From Camelus dromedarius (lineage: Eukaryota), in assembly GCF_036321535.1 (NCBI RefSeq), contig NC_087436.1, forward strand, positions 1,240,001 through 1,304,000: a stretch of DNA of 64,000 nt. Direction: 5' to 3'. Positions 26,701-40,000 of this stretch are shown piece by piece; position 1 is the stretch's first letter, and every line of letters starts with the position of its first letter. A program made the translations under genes and the position numbers. Below the pieces are notes generated by a model. It did no database searches. It was not told the origin of the DNA and worked only from the letters and a program-made list of their open reading frames with translations.

Positions 26701-29700
26701 TCTCTCAGAACTGAGCAAGTGGAGAGACGTTCTTTCATGTAGCACCAAGGGAACGGGTTGCAGGAGGCACTTTTTCTCTGCTTCCTCAGTCTGTTTCCTA
26801 GGGCCGGTTTGAAGTTCCTGCAGTTTTCACTGTAAAACCGAGTTGGAGCTTGTACCTCCCCATATATATGTATGGAATGGAGTTTGCAACTGAAAAGAAA
26901 CTTTGTGTTCCCAACAAGCTAGGTGAAGGACGGCTTTCACACACACTTATCTCTCAGAACTGAGCAAGTGGAGAGACGTTCGTTCATGTAGCACAAAGGG
27001 AACGGGTTGCAGGATACACTTTTTCTCTGCTTTCTCAGTCTGTTTCCTAGTGCCGGTTTTAAGTTCCTGCAGTTTTCACTGTAAAACCGAGTTGGAGCTT
27101 CTACCTCCCCATATATATGTATGGAATGGAGTTTGCAACTGAAAAGAAACTTTGTGTTCCCAACAAGCAAGGTGAAGTACGGCTTTCACACACACTTATC
27201 TCTCAGAACTGAGCAAGTGGAGAGACGTTCGTTCATCTAGCACCAAGGGAACGGGTAGCAGTAGACACTTTATCTCTGCTTTCTCAGTCTGTTTCCTAGT
27301 GCCGGTTTAAAGTTCCTGCAGTTTTCACTGTAAAACCGAGTTGGAGCTAGTACCTCCCCATATATATGTATGGAATGGAGTTTGCAACTGAAAAGAAACT
27401 TTGTGTTCCCAACAAGCTGGTGAAGGACGGCTTTCACACACACTTATCTCTCAGAACTGAGCAAGTGGAGAGACGTTCGTTCATCTAGCACCAAGGGAAC
27501 GGGTTGCAGGAGACACTTTTTCTCTGCTTTCTCAGTCTGTTTCCTAGTGCCGGTTTGAAGTTCCTGCAGTTTTCACTGTGAAACCGAGTTGGAGCTTCTA
27601 CCTTCCCATATATATGTATGGAATGGAGTTTGCAACTGAAAAGAAACTTTGTGTTCCCAACAAGCTAGGTGAAGGACGGCTTTCACACACACTTATCTCT
27701 CAGAACAGAGCAATTGGAGAGACGTTCGTTCATCTAGCACCAAGGGAACGGGTTGCAGGAGACACTTTTTCTCTGTTTTCTCAGTCTGTTTCCTAGTGCC
27801 GGTTTGAAGTTCCTGCAGTTTTCACTGTGAATCCGAGTTGGAGCTTCTACCTCCCCATATATATGTATGGAATGGATTTTGCAACTGAAAAGTAACTTTG
27901 TGTTCCCTACAAGCAAGGTGAAGGACGGCATTCACACACACTTATCTCTCAGAACTGAGCAAGTGGAGAGACGTTCGTTCATCTAGCACCAAGGGAAAGG
28001 GTTGCAGGAAACACTTTTTCTCTGCTTTCTCAGTCTGTTTCCTAGTGCCGGTTTGAAGTTCCTGCAGTTTTCACTGTCAAACCGAGTTGGAGCTAGTACC
28101 TCCCCATATATATGTATGGAATGGAGTTTGCAACTGAAAAGAAACTTTGTGTTCCCAACAAGCTAGATGAAGGACGGCTTTCACACACATTTATCTCTCA
28201 GAACTGAGCAAGTGGAGAGACGTTCGTTCATGTAGCACCAAGGGAACGGGTTGCAGGAGACACTTTTTCTCTGCTTTCTCAGTCTGTTTCCTAGTGCCTG
28301 TTAGAAGTTCCTGCAGTTTTCACTGTCAAACCGTGTTGGAGCTAGTACCTCCCCATATATATGTATGGAATGGAGTTTGCAACTGAAAAGAAACTTTGTG
28401 TTCCCAACAAGCTAGGTGAAGGACGGCTTTCACACACACTTATCTCTCAGAACTGAGCAAGTGGAGAGACGTTCGTTCATCTAGCACCAAGGGAACGGGT
28501 TGCAGGAGACACTTTATCTCTGCTTTCTCAGTCTGTTTCCTAGTGCCGGTTTAAAGTTCCTGCAGTTTTCACTGTAAAACCGAGTTGGAGCTAGTACCTC
28601 CCCATATATATGTATGGAATGGAGTTTGCAACTGAAAAGAAACTTTGTGTTCCCAACAAGCTAGGTGAAGGACGGCTTTCACACACACTTATCTCTCAGA
28701 ACTGAGCAAGTGGAGAGACGTTCGTTCATCTAGCACCAAGGGAACGGGTTGCAGGAGACACTTTTTCTCTGCTTTCTCAGTGTGTTTCCTAGTGCCGGTT
28801 TGAAGTTCCTGCAGTTTTCACTGTAAAACCGAGTTGGAGCTAGTACCTCCCCATATATATGTATGGAATGGAGTTTGCAACTGAAAAGAAACTTTGTGTT
28901 CCCAACAAGCTAGTTGAAGGACGGCTTTCACACACACTTATCTCTCAGAACTGAGCAAGTGGGGAGAAGTTCGTTCATCTAGCACAAAGGGAACGGGTTG
29001 CAGGAGACACTTTTTCTCTGCTTTCTCAGTCTGTTTCCTAGTGCCGGTTTGAAGTTCCTGCAGTTTTCACTGTCAAACCGAGTTGGAGCTAGTACCTCCC
29101 CATATATATGTATGGAATTGAGTTGGCAACTGAAAAGAAACTTTGTGTTCCCAACAAGCTAGGTGAAGGACGGCTTTCACACACACTTATCTCTCAGAAC
29201 TGAGCAAGTGGAGAGACGTTCTTTCATGTAGCACCAAGGGAACGGGTTGCAGGAGACACTTTTTCTCTGCTTCCTCAGTCTCTTTCCTAGTGCCGGTTTG
29301 AAGTTCCTGCAGTTTTCACTGTAAAATCGAGTTGGAGCTTGTACCTCCCCATATATATGTATGGAATGGAGTTTGCAACTGAAAAGAAACTTTGTGTTCC
29401 CAACAAGCTTGGTGAAGGACGGCTTTCACACACACTTATCTCTCAGAACTGAGCAAGTGGAGAGACTTTCGTTCATGTAGCACAAAGGGAACGGGTTGCA
29501 GGAGACACTATTTCTCTATTTCTCAGTCTGTTTCCTAGTGCCGGTTTGAAGTTCCTGCAGTTTTCACTCTCAAACCGAGTTGGAGCTAGTACCTCCCCAT
29601 ATATATGTATGGAATTGAGTTGGCAACTGAAAAGAAACTTTGTGTTCCCAACAATCTAGGTGAAGGACGGCTTTCACACACACTTATCTCTCAGAACTGA

Positions 29701-32440
29701 GCAAGTGGAGAGACGTTCGTTCATGTAGCACCAAGGGAAGGGGTTGCAGGAGACACTTTTTCTCTGCTTTCTCAGTCTGTTTCCTAGTGCCGGTATGAAG
29801 TTCCTGCAGTTTTCACTGTCAAACCGAGTTGGAGCTAGTACCTCCCCATATATATGTATGGAATGGAGTTTGCAACTGAAAAGAAACTTTGTGTTCCCAA
29901 CAAGCTAGGTGAAGGACGGCTTTCACACACACTTATCTCTCAGAACTGAGCTAGTGGAGAGACGTTCGTTCATCTAGCAACAAGGGAACGGGTTGCAGGT
30001 GACACTTTTTCTCTGCTTTCTCAGTCTATTTCCTACTGCCGGTTTGAAGTTCCTGCAGTTTTCACTGTCAAACCGAGTTGGAGCTAGTACCTCCCCTTAT
30101 ATATGTATGGAATGGAGTTGGCAACCGAAAAGAAACTTTGTGTTCCCAACAAGCTAGGTGAAGGACGGCTTTCACACACACTTATCTCTCAGAACTGAGC
30201 AAGTGGAGAGACGTTCTTTCATGTAGCACCAAGGGAACGGGTTGCAGGAGACACTTTTTCTCTGCTTTCTCAGTCTGTTTCCTAGTGCCGGTTTGAAGTT
30301 CCTGCAGTTTTCACTGTAAAACCGTGTTGGAGCTTGTACCTCCCCATATATATGTATGGAATGGAGTTTGCAACTGAAAAGAAACTTTGTGTTCCCAACA
30401 AGCTAGGTGAAGGACGGCTTTCACACACACTTATCTCTCAGAACTGAGCAAGTGGAGAGACGTTCGTTCATCTAGCACCAAGGGAACGGGTTGCAGGAGA
30501 CACTTTTTCTCTGCTTTCTCAGTCTGTTTCCTAGTGCCGGTTTGAAGTTCCTGCAGTTTTCACTGTAAAACCGAGTTGGAGCTTCTACCTCCCCATATAT
30601 ATGTATGGAATGGAGTTTGCAACTGAAAAGAAACTTTGTGTTCCCAACAAGCTAGGTGAAGGACGGCTTTCACACACACTTATCTCTCAGAACAGAGCAA
30701 GTGGAGAGACGTTCGTTCATCTAGCACCAAGGGAACGGGTTGCAGGAGACACTTTTTCTCTGCTTTCTCAGTCTGTTTCCTAGTGCCGGTTTGAAGTTCC
30801 TGCAGTTTTCACTGTGAAACCGTGTTGGAGCTAGTACCTCCCCATATATATGTATGGAATGGAGTTTGCAACTGAAAAGAAACTTTGTGTTCCCAACAAG
30901 CTAGTTGAAGGACGGCTTTCACACACACATATCTCTCAGAACTGAGCAAGTGGAGAGACGTTCGTTCATCTAGCACCAAGGGAACGGGTTGCAGGAGACA
31001 CTTTTTCTCTGCTTCCTCAGTCTGTTTCCTAGTGCCGGTTTGAAGTTCGTGCAGTTTTCACTGTAAAACCGAGTTGGAGCATGTACCTCCCCATATATAT
31101 GTATGGAATGGAGTTTGCAACTGAAAAGAAACTTTGTGTTCCCAACAAGCTAGGTGAAGGACGGCTTTCACACACACTTATCTCTCAGAACTGAGCAAGT
31201 GGAGAGACGTTCGTTCATCCAGCACCAAGGGAACGGGTTGCAGGAGACACGTTTTCTCTGCTTTCTCAGTCTGTTTCCTAGTGCCGGTTTGAAGTTCCTG
31301 CAGTTATCACTGTAAAACCGAGTTGGAGCTTGTACCTCCCCATATATATGTATGGAATGGAGTTGGCAACTGAAAAGAAACTTTGTGTTCCCAACAAGCT
31401 AGGTGAAGGACGGCTTTCACACCCACTTATCTCTAAGAACTGAGCAAGTGGATAGACGTTCGTTCATCTAGCACCAAGGGAACGGGTTGCAGGAGACACT
31501 TTTTCTCTGTTTTCTCAGTCTGTTTCCTAGTGCCGGTTTGAAGTTCCTGCAGTTTTCACTGTGAAACCGAGTTGGAGCTTCTACCTCCCCATATATATGT
31601 ATGGAATGGAGTTTGCAACTGAAAAGAAACTTTCAGTTCCCAACAAGCAAGGTGAAGGACGGTTTTCACACACACTTATCTCTCAGAACTGAGCAAGTGG
31701 AGAGACGTTCGTTCATCTAGCACCAAGGGAACGGGTTGCAGGAGACACTTTATCTCTGCTTTCTCAGTCTGTTTCCTAGTGCCGGTTTGAAGTTCCTGCA
31801 GTTTTCACTGTGAAACCGAGTTGGAGCTAGTACCTCCCCATATATATGTATGGAATGGAGTTTGCAACTGAAAAGAAACCTTGTGTTCCCAACAAGCTAG
31901 GTGAAGGACGGCTTTCACACACACTTATCTCCCAGAACTGAGCAAGTGGAGAGACGTTCGTTCATCTAGCACCAAGGGAACGGGTTGCAGGTGACACTTT
32001 TTCTCTGCTCTCTCAGTCTGTTTCCTAGTGCCGGTTTGAAGTTCCTGCAATTTTCACTGTAAAACCGAGTTGGAGCTAGTACCTCCCCATATATATGTAT
32101 GGAATGGAGTTTGCAACTGAAAAGAAACTTTGTGTTCCCAACAAGCTAGGTGAAGGACGGCTTTCACACACACTTATCTCTCAGAACTGAGCAAGTGGAG
32201 AGACGTTCGTTCATCTAGTACCAAGGGAAGGGGTTGCAGGAGACACTTTTTCTCTGCCTTCTCAGTCTGTTTCCTAGTGCCGGTTTGAAGTACCTGCAGT
32301 TTTCACTGTCGAACCGAGTTGGTGCTAGTACCTCCCCATATATATGTATGGAATGGAGTTTGCAACTGAAAAGAAACTTTGTGTTCCCCACAAGCTTTTT
32401 GAAGGACGGCTTTCACACACAATTATCTCTCAGAACTGAG
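17750..32440 (+). repeat. Large tandem segmental duplication of the array (copy A ~17750-25470; copy B ~25470-32440)
   Basis: Markers recur at offsets of 7714 (CACTTATTCT plus 2-bp deletion, 18061/25775), 8211 (ORFs 18726/26937 and 19367/27578) and 6967 (ORFs 23634/30601 and 25267/32234). The offset steps equal a 2-monomer indel (497 bp) and a 5-monomer indel (1244 bp). Confidence 0.9.
20158..22645 (+). repeat. Tandem 5-mer duplication (1244-bp unit)
   Basis: CTTTATCT/TTAAAG, CAGTGTG, GGGGAGAAG, GTCTCTT/AAATCG, AAGCTTGG and CTATTTCTCTATTT (1-bp deletion) all repeat at +1244. Confidence 0.92.
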
Positions 32441-35400
32441 CAAGTGGAGAGACGTTCTTTCATGTAGCACCAAGGGAACGGGTTGCAGGAGACACTTTTT
32501 CTCTGCTTTCTCAGTCTGTTTCCTAGTGCCGGTTTGAAGTTCCTGCAGTTTTCACTGTAAAACCGTGTTGGAGCTTGTACCTCCCCATATATATGTATGG
32601 AATGGAGTTTGCAACTGAAAAGAAACTTTGTGTTCCCAACAAGCTAGGTGAAGGACGGCTTTCACACACACTTATCTCTCAGAACTGAGCAAGTGGAGAG
32701 ACGTTCGTTCATCTAGCACCAAGGGAACGGGTTGCAGGAGACACTTTTTCTCTGCTTTCTCAGTCTGTTTCCTAGTGCCGGTTTGAAGTTCCTGCAGTTT
32801 TCACTGTAAAACCGAGTTGGAGCTAGTACCTCCCCATATATATGTATGGAATGGAGTTTGCAACTGAAAAGAAACTTTGTGTTCCCAACAAGCTAGGTGA
32901 AGGACGGCTTTCACACACACTTATCTCTCAGAACTGAGCAAGTGGAGAGACGTTCGTTCATCTAGCACCAAGGGAACGGGTTGCAGGAGACACTTTTTCT
33001 CTGCTTTCTCAGTGTGTTTCCTAGTGCCGGTTTGAAGTTCCTGCAGTTTTCACTGTAAAACCGAGTTGGAGCTAGTACCTCCCCATATATATGTATGGAA
33101 TGGAGTTTGCAACTGAAAAGAAACTTTGTGTTCCCAACAAGCTAGTTGAAGGACGGCTTTCACACACACTTATCTCTCAGAACTGAGCAAGTGGGGAGAA
33201 GTTCGTTCATCTAGCACAAAGGGAACGGGTTGCAGGAGACACTTTTTCTCTGCTTTCTCAGTCTGTTTCCTAGTGCCGGTTTGAAGTTCCTGCAGTTTTC
33301 ACTGTCAAACCGAGTTGGAGCTAGTACCTCCCCATATATATGTATGGAATTGAGTTGGCAACTGAAAAGAAACTTTGTGTTCCCAACAAGCTAGGTGAAG
33401 GACGGCTTTCACACACACTTATCTCTCAGAACTGAGCAAGTGGAGAGACGTTCTTTCATGTAGCACCAAGGGAACGGGTTGCAGGAGACACTTTTTCTCT
33501 GCTTCCTCAGTCTCTTTCCTAGTGCCGGTTTGAAGTTCCTGCAGTTTTCACTGTAAAATCGAGTTGGAGCTTGTACCTCCCCATATATATGTATGGAATG
33601 GAGTTTGCAACTGAAAAGAAACTTTGTGTTCCCAACAAGCTTGGTGAAGGACGGCTTTCACACACACTTATCTCTCAGAACTGAGCAAGTGGAGAGACTT
33701 TCGTTCATGTAGCACAAAGGGAACGGGTTGCAGGAGACACTATTTCTCTATTTCTCAGTCTGTTTCCTAGTGCCGGTTTGAAGTTCCTGCAGTTTTCACT
33801 CTCAAACCGAGTTGGAGCTAGTACCTCCCCATATATATGTATGGAATTGAGTTGGCAACTGAAAAGAAACTTTGTGTTCCCAACAATCTAGGTGAAGGAC
33901 GGCTTTCACACACACTTATCTCTCAGAACTGAGCAAGTGGAGAGACGTTCGTTCATGTAGCACCAAGGGAAGGGGTTGCAGGAGACACTTTTTCTCTGCT
34001 TTCTCAGTCTGTTTCCTAGTGCCGGTATGAAGTTCCTGCAGTTTTCACTGTCAAACCGAGTTGGAGCTAGTACCTCCCCATATATATGTATGGAATGGAG
34101 TTTGCAACTGAAAAGAAACTTTGTGTTCCCAACAAGCTAGGTGAAGGACGGCTTTCACACACACTTATCTCTCAGAACTGAGCTAGTGGAGAGACGTTCG
34201 TTCATCTAGCAACAAGGGAACGGGTTGCAGGTGACACTTTTTCTCTGCTTTCTCAGTCTATTTCCTACTGCCGGTTTGAAGTTCCTGCAGTTTTCACTGT
34301 CAAACCGAGTTGGAGCTAGTACCTCCCCTTATATATGTATGGAATGGAGTTGGCAACCGAAAAGAAACTTTGTGTTCCCAACAAGCTAGGTGAAGGACGG
34401 CTTTCACACACACTTATCTCTCAGAACTGAGCAAGTGGAGAGACGTTCTTTCATGTAGCACCAAGGGAACGGGTTGCAGGAGACACTTTTTCTCTGCTTT
34501 CTCAGTCTGTTTCCTAGTGCCGGTTTGAAGTTCCTGCAGTTTTCACTGTAAAACCGTGTTGGAGCTTGTACCTCCCCATATATATGTATGGAATGGAGTT
34601 TGCAACTGAAAAGAAACTTTGTGTTCCCAACAAGCTAGGTGAAGGACGGCTTTCACACACACTTATCTCTCAGAACTGAGCAAGTGGAGAGACGTTCGTT
34701 CATCTAGCACCAAGGGAACGGGTTGCAGGAGACACTTTTTCTCTGCTTTCTCAGTCTGTTTCCTAGTGCCGGTTTGAAGTTCCTGCAGTTTTCACTGTAA
34801 AACCGAGTTGGAGCTTCTACCTCCCCATATATATGTATGGAATGGAGTTTGCAACTGAAAAGAAACTTTGTGTTCCCAACAAGCTAGGTGAAGGACGGCT
34901 TTCACACACACTTATCTCTCAGAACAGAGCAAGTGGAGAGACGTTCGTTCATCTAGCACCAAGGGAACGGGTTGCAGGAGACACTTTTTCTCTGCTTTCT
35001 CAGTCTGTTTCCTAGTGCCGGTTTGAAGTTCCTGCAGTTTTCACTGTGAAACCGTGTTGGAGCTAGTACCTCCCCATATATATGTATGGAATGGAGTTTG
35101 CAACTGAAAAGAAACTTTGTGTTCCCAACAAGCTAGTTGAAGGACGGCTTTCACACACACATATCTCTCAGAACTGAGCAAGTGGAGAGACGTTCGTTCA
35201 TCTAGCACCAAGGGAACGGGTTGCAGGAGACACTTTTTCTCTGCTTCCTCAGTCTGTTTCCTAGTGCCGGTTTGAAGTTCGTGCAGTTTTCACTGTAAAA
35301 CCGAGTTGGAGCATGTACCTCCCCATATATATGTATGGAATGGAGTTTGCAACTGAAAAGAAACTTTGTGTTCCCAACAAGCTAGGTGAAGGACGGCTTT

Positions 35401-37081
35401 CACACACACTTATCTCTCAGAACTGAGCAAGTGGAGAGACGTTCGTTCATCCAGCACCAAGGGAACGGGTTGCAGGAGACACGTTTTCTCTGCTTTCTCA
35501 GTCTGTTTCCTAGTGCCGGTTTGAAGTTCCTGCAGTTATCACTGTAAAACCGAGTTGGAGCTTGTACCTCCCCATATATATGTATGGAATGGAGTTGGCA
35601 ACTGAAAAGAAACTTTGTGTTCCCAACAAGCTAGGTGAAGGACGGCTTTCACACCCACTTATCTCTAAGAACTGAGCAAGTGGAGAGACGTTCGTTCATC
35701 TAGCACCAAGGGAACGGGTTGCAGGAGACACTTTTTCTCTGTTTTCTCAGTCTGTTTCCTAGTGCCGGTTTGAAGTTCCTGCAGTTTTCACTGTGAAACC
35801 GAGTTGGAGCTTCTACCTCCCCATATATATGTATGGAATGGAGTTTGCAACTGAAAAGAAACTTTCAGTTCCCAACAAGCAAGGTGAAGGACGGTTTTCA
35901 CACACACTTATCTCTCAGAACTGAGCAAGTGGAGAGACGTTCGTTCATCTAGCACCAAGGGAACGGGTTGCAGGAGACACTTTATCTCTGCTTTCTCAGT
36001 CTGTTTCCTAGTGCCGGTTTGAAGTTCCTGCAGTTTTCACTGTGAAACCGAGTTGGAGCTAGTACCTCCCCATATATATGTATGGAATGGAGTTTGCAAC
36101 TGAAAAGAAACCTTGTGTTCCCAACAAGCTAGGTGAAGGACGGCTTTCACACACACTTATCTCCCAGAACTGAGCAAGTGGAGAGACGTTCGTTCATCTA
36201 GCACCAAGGGAACGGGTTGCAGGTGACACTTTTTCTCTGCTCTCTCAGTCTGTTTCCTAGTGCCGGTTTGAAGTTCCTGCAATTTTCACTGTAAAACCGA
36301 GTTGGAGCTAGTACCTCCCCATATATATGTATGGAATGGAGTTTGCAACTGAAAAGAAACTTTGTGTTCCCAACAAGCTAGGTGAAGGACGGCTTTCACA
36401 CACACTTATCTCTCAGAACTGAGCAAGTGGAGAGACGTTCGTTCATCTAGTACCAAGGGAAGGGGTTGCAGGAGACACTTTTTCTCTGCCTTCTCAGTCT
36501 GTTTCCTAGTGCCGGTTTGAAGTACCTGCAGTTTTCACTGTCGAACCGAGTTGGTGCTAGTACCTCCCCATATATATGTATGGAATGGAGTTTGCAACTG
36601 AAAAGAAACTTTGTGTTCCCCACAAGCTTTTTGAAGGACGGCTTTCACACACAATTATCTCTCAGAACTGAGCAAGTGGAGAGACGTTCTTTCATGTAGC
36701 ACCAAGGGAACGGGTTGCAGGAGACACTTTTTCTCTGCTTTCTCAGTCTGTTTCCTAGTGCCGGTTTGAAGTTCCTGCAGTTTTCACTGTAAAACCGTGT
36801 TGGAGCTTGTACCTCCCCATATATATGTATGGAATGGAGTTTGCAACTGAAAAGAAACTTTGTGTTCCCAACAAGCTAGGTGAAGGACGGCTTTCACACA
36901 CACTTATCTCTCAGAACTGAGCAAGTGGAGAGACGTTCGTTCATCTAGCACCAAGGGAACGGGTTGCAGGAGACACTTTTTCTCTGCTTTCTCAGTCTGT
37001 TTCCTAGTGCCGGTTTGAAGTTCCTGCAGTTTTCACTGTAAAACCGAGTTGGAGCTTCTACCTCCCCATATATATGTATGG
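28618..37081 (+). repeat. Tandem 17-mer duplication (4232-bp unit), near-identical copies
   Basis: ORFs 30601/34833 and 32234/36466 are offset by 4232, and the marker order is the same in 28618-32849 and 32850-37081. Confidence 0.9.
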
Positions 37082-40000
37082 AATGGAGTTTGCAACTGAA
37101 AAGAAACTTTGTGTTCCCAACAAGCTAGGTGAAGGACGGCTTTCACACACACTTATCTCTCAGAACAGAGCAAGTGGAGAGACGTTCGTTCATCTAGCAC
37201 CAAGGGAACGGGTTGGAGGAGACACTTTTTCTCTGCTTTCTCAGTCTGTTTCCTAGTGCCGGTTTGAAGTTCCTGCAGTTTTCACTGTGAAACCGAGTTG
37301 GAGCTAGTACCTCCCCATATATATGTATGGAATGGAGTTTGCAACTGAAAAGAAACTTTGTGTTCCCAACAAGCTAGTTGAAGGACGGCTTTCACACACA
37401 CATATCTCTCAGAACTGAGCAAGTGGAGAGGCGTTCGTTCATCTAGAACCAAGGGAACGGGTTGCAGGAGACACTTTTTCTCTGCTTCCTCAGTCTGTTT
37501 CCTAGTGCCGGTTTGAAGTTCGTGCAGTTTTCACTGTAAAACCGAGTTGGAGCATGTACCTCCCCATATATATGTATGGAATGGAGTTTGCAACTGAAAA
37601 GAAACTTTGTGTTCCCAACAAGCTAGGTGAAGGACGGCTTTCACACACACATATCTCTCAGAACTGAGCAAGTGGAGAGACGTTCGTTCATCCAGCACCA
37701 AGGGAACGGGTTGCAGGAGACACGTTTTCTCTGCTTTCTCAGTCTGTTTCCTAGTGCCGGTTTGAAGTTCCTGCAGTTATCACTGTAAAACCGAGTTGGA
37801 GCTTGTACCTCCCCATATATATGTATGGAATGGAGTTGGCAACTGAAAAGAAACTTTGTGTTCCCAACAAGCTAGGTGAAGGACGGCTTTCACACCCACT
37901 TATCTCTAAGAACTGAGCAAGTGGAGAGACGTTCGTTCATCTAGCACCAAGGGAACGGGTTGCAGGAGACACTTTTTCTCTGTTTTCTCAGTCTGTTTCC
38001 TAGTGCCGGTTTGAAGTTCCTGCAGTTTTCACTGTGAAACCGAGTTGGAGCTTCTACCTCCCCATATATATGTATGGAATGGAGTTTGCAACTGAAAAGA
38101 AACTTTCAGTTCCCAACAAGCAAGGTGAAGGACGGTTTTCACACACACTTATCTCTCAGAACTGAGCAAGTGGAGAGACGTTCGTTCATCTAGCACCAAG
38201 GGAACGGGTTGCAGGAGACACTTTATCTCTGCTTTCTCAGTCTGTTTCCTAGTGCCGGTTTGAAGTTCCTGCAGTTTTCACTGTGAAACCGAGTTGGAGC
38301 TAGTACCTCCCCATATATATGTATGGAATGGAGTTTGCAACTGAAAAGAATCCTTGTGTTCCCAACAAGCTAGGTGAAGGACGGCTTTCACACACACTTA
38401 TCTCCCAGAACTGAGCAAGTGGAGAGACGTTCGTTCATCTAGCACCAAGGGAACGGGTTGCAGGAGACACTTTTCCTCTGCTTTCTCAGTATGTTTCCTA
38501 GTGCCGGTTTGAAGTACCTGCAGTTTTCACTGTCGAACCGAGTTGGTGCTAGTACCTCCCCATATATATGTATGGAATGGAGTTTGCAACTGAAAAGAAA
38601 CTTTGTGTTCCCCACAAGCTTTTTGAAGGACGGCTTTCACACACAATTATCTCTCAGAACTGAGCAAGTGGAGAGACGTTCGTTCATCTAGCACCAAGGG
38701 AACGGGTTGCAGGAGACACTTTTTCTCTGCTTTCTCAGTCTGTTTCCTAGTGCCGGTTTGAAGTTCCTGCAGTTTTCACTGTAAAACCGAGTTGGAGCTA
38801 GTACCTCCCCATATATATTTATGGAATGGAGTTTGCAACTGAAAAGAAACTTTGTGTTCCCAACAAGCTAGGTGAAGGACGGCTTTCACACACACTTATC
38901 TCTCAGAACTGAGCAAGTTGAGAGACGTTCGTTCATCTAGCACCAAGGGAACGGGTTGCAGGAGACACTTTTTCTCTGCTTTCTCAGTCTGTTTCCTAGT
39001 GCCGGTTTGAAGTTCCTGCAGTTTTCACTGTCAAACCGAGTTGGAGATAGTACCTCCCCATATATATGTATGGAATGGAGTTTGCAACTGAAAAGAAACT
39101 TTGTGTTCCCAACAAGCTAGGTGAAGGACGGCTTTCACACACACTTATCTCTCAGAACTGAGCAAGTGGAGAGACGTTCGTTCATCTAGCACCAAGGGAA
39201 CGGGTTGCAGGAGACACTTTTTCTCTGCTTTCTCAGTCTGTTTCCTAGGGCCGGTTTGAAGTTCCTGCAGTTTTCACTGTCAAACCGAGTTGGAGCTAGT
39301 TCCTCCCCATATATATGTATGGAATGGAGTTTGCAACTGAAAAGAAACTTTGTGTTCCCAACAAGCTAGGTGAAGGACGGCTTTCACACACACTTATCTC
39401 TCAGAACTGAGCAAGTGGAGAGACGTTCGTTCATCTAGCACCAAGGGAACGGGTTGCAGGAGACACTTTTTCTCTGCTTTCTCAGTCTGTTTCCTAGTGC
39501 CGGTTAGAAGTTCCTGCAGTTTTCACTGTAAAACCGAGTTGGAGCTAGTACCTCCCCATATATATGTATGGAATGGAGTTTGCAACTGAAAAGAAACTTT
39601 GTGTTCCCCAAAAGCTAGGTGAAGGACGGCTTTCACACACACTTATCTCTCAGAACTGAGCAAGTGGAGAGACGTTCGTTCATCTAGCACCAAGGGAACG
39701 GGTTGCAGGAGACACTTTTTCTCTGCTTTCTCAGTCTGTTTCCTAGTGCCGGTTTGAAGTTCCTGCAGTTTTCACTGTCAAACAGAGTTGGAGATAGTAC
39801 CTCCCCATATATATGTATGGAATGGAGTTTGCAACTGAAAAGAAACTTTGTGTTCCCAACAAGCTAGGTGAAGGACGGCTTTCACACACACTTATCTCTC
39901 AGAACTGAGCAAGTGGAGAGACGTTCGTTCATCTAGCACCAAGGGAACGGGTTGCAGGAGACACTTTTTCTCTGCTTTCTCAGTCTGTTTCCTAGGGCCG

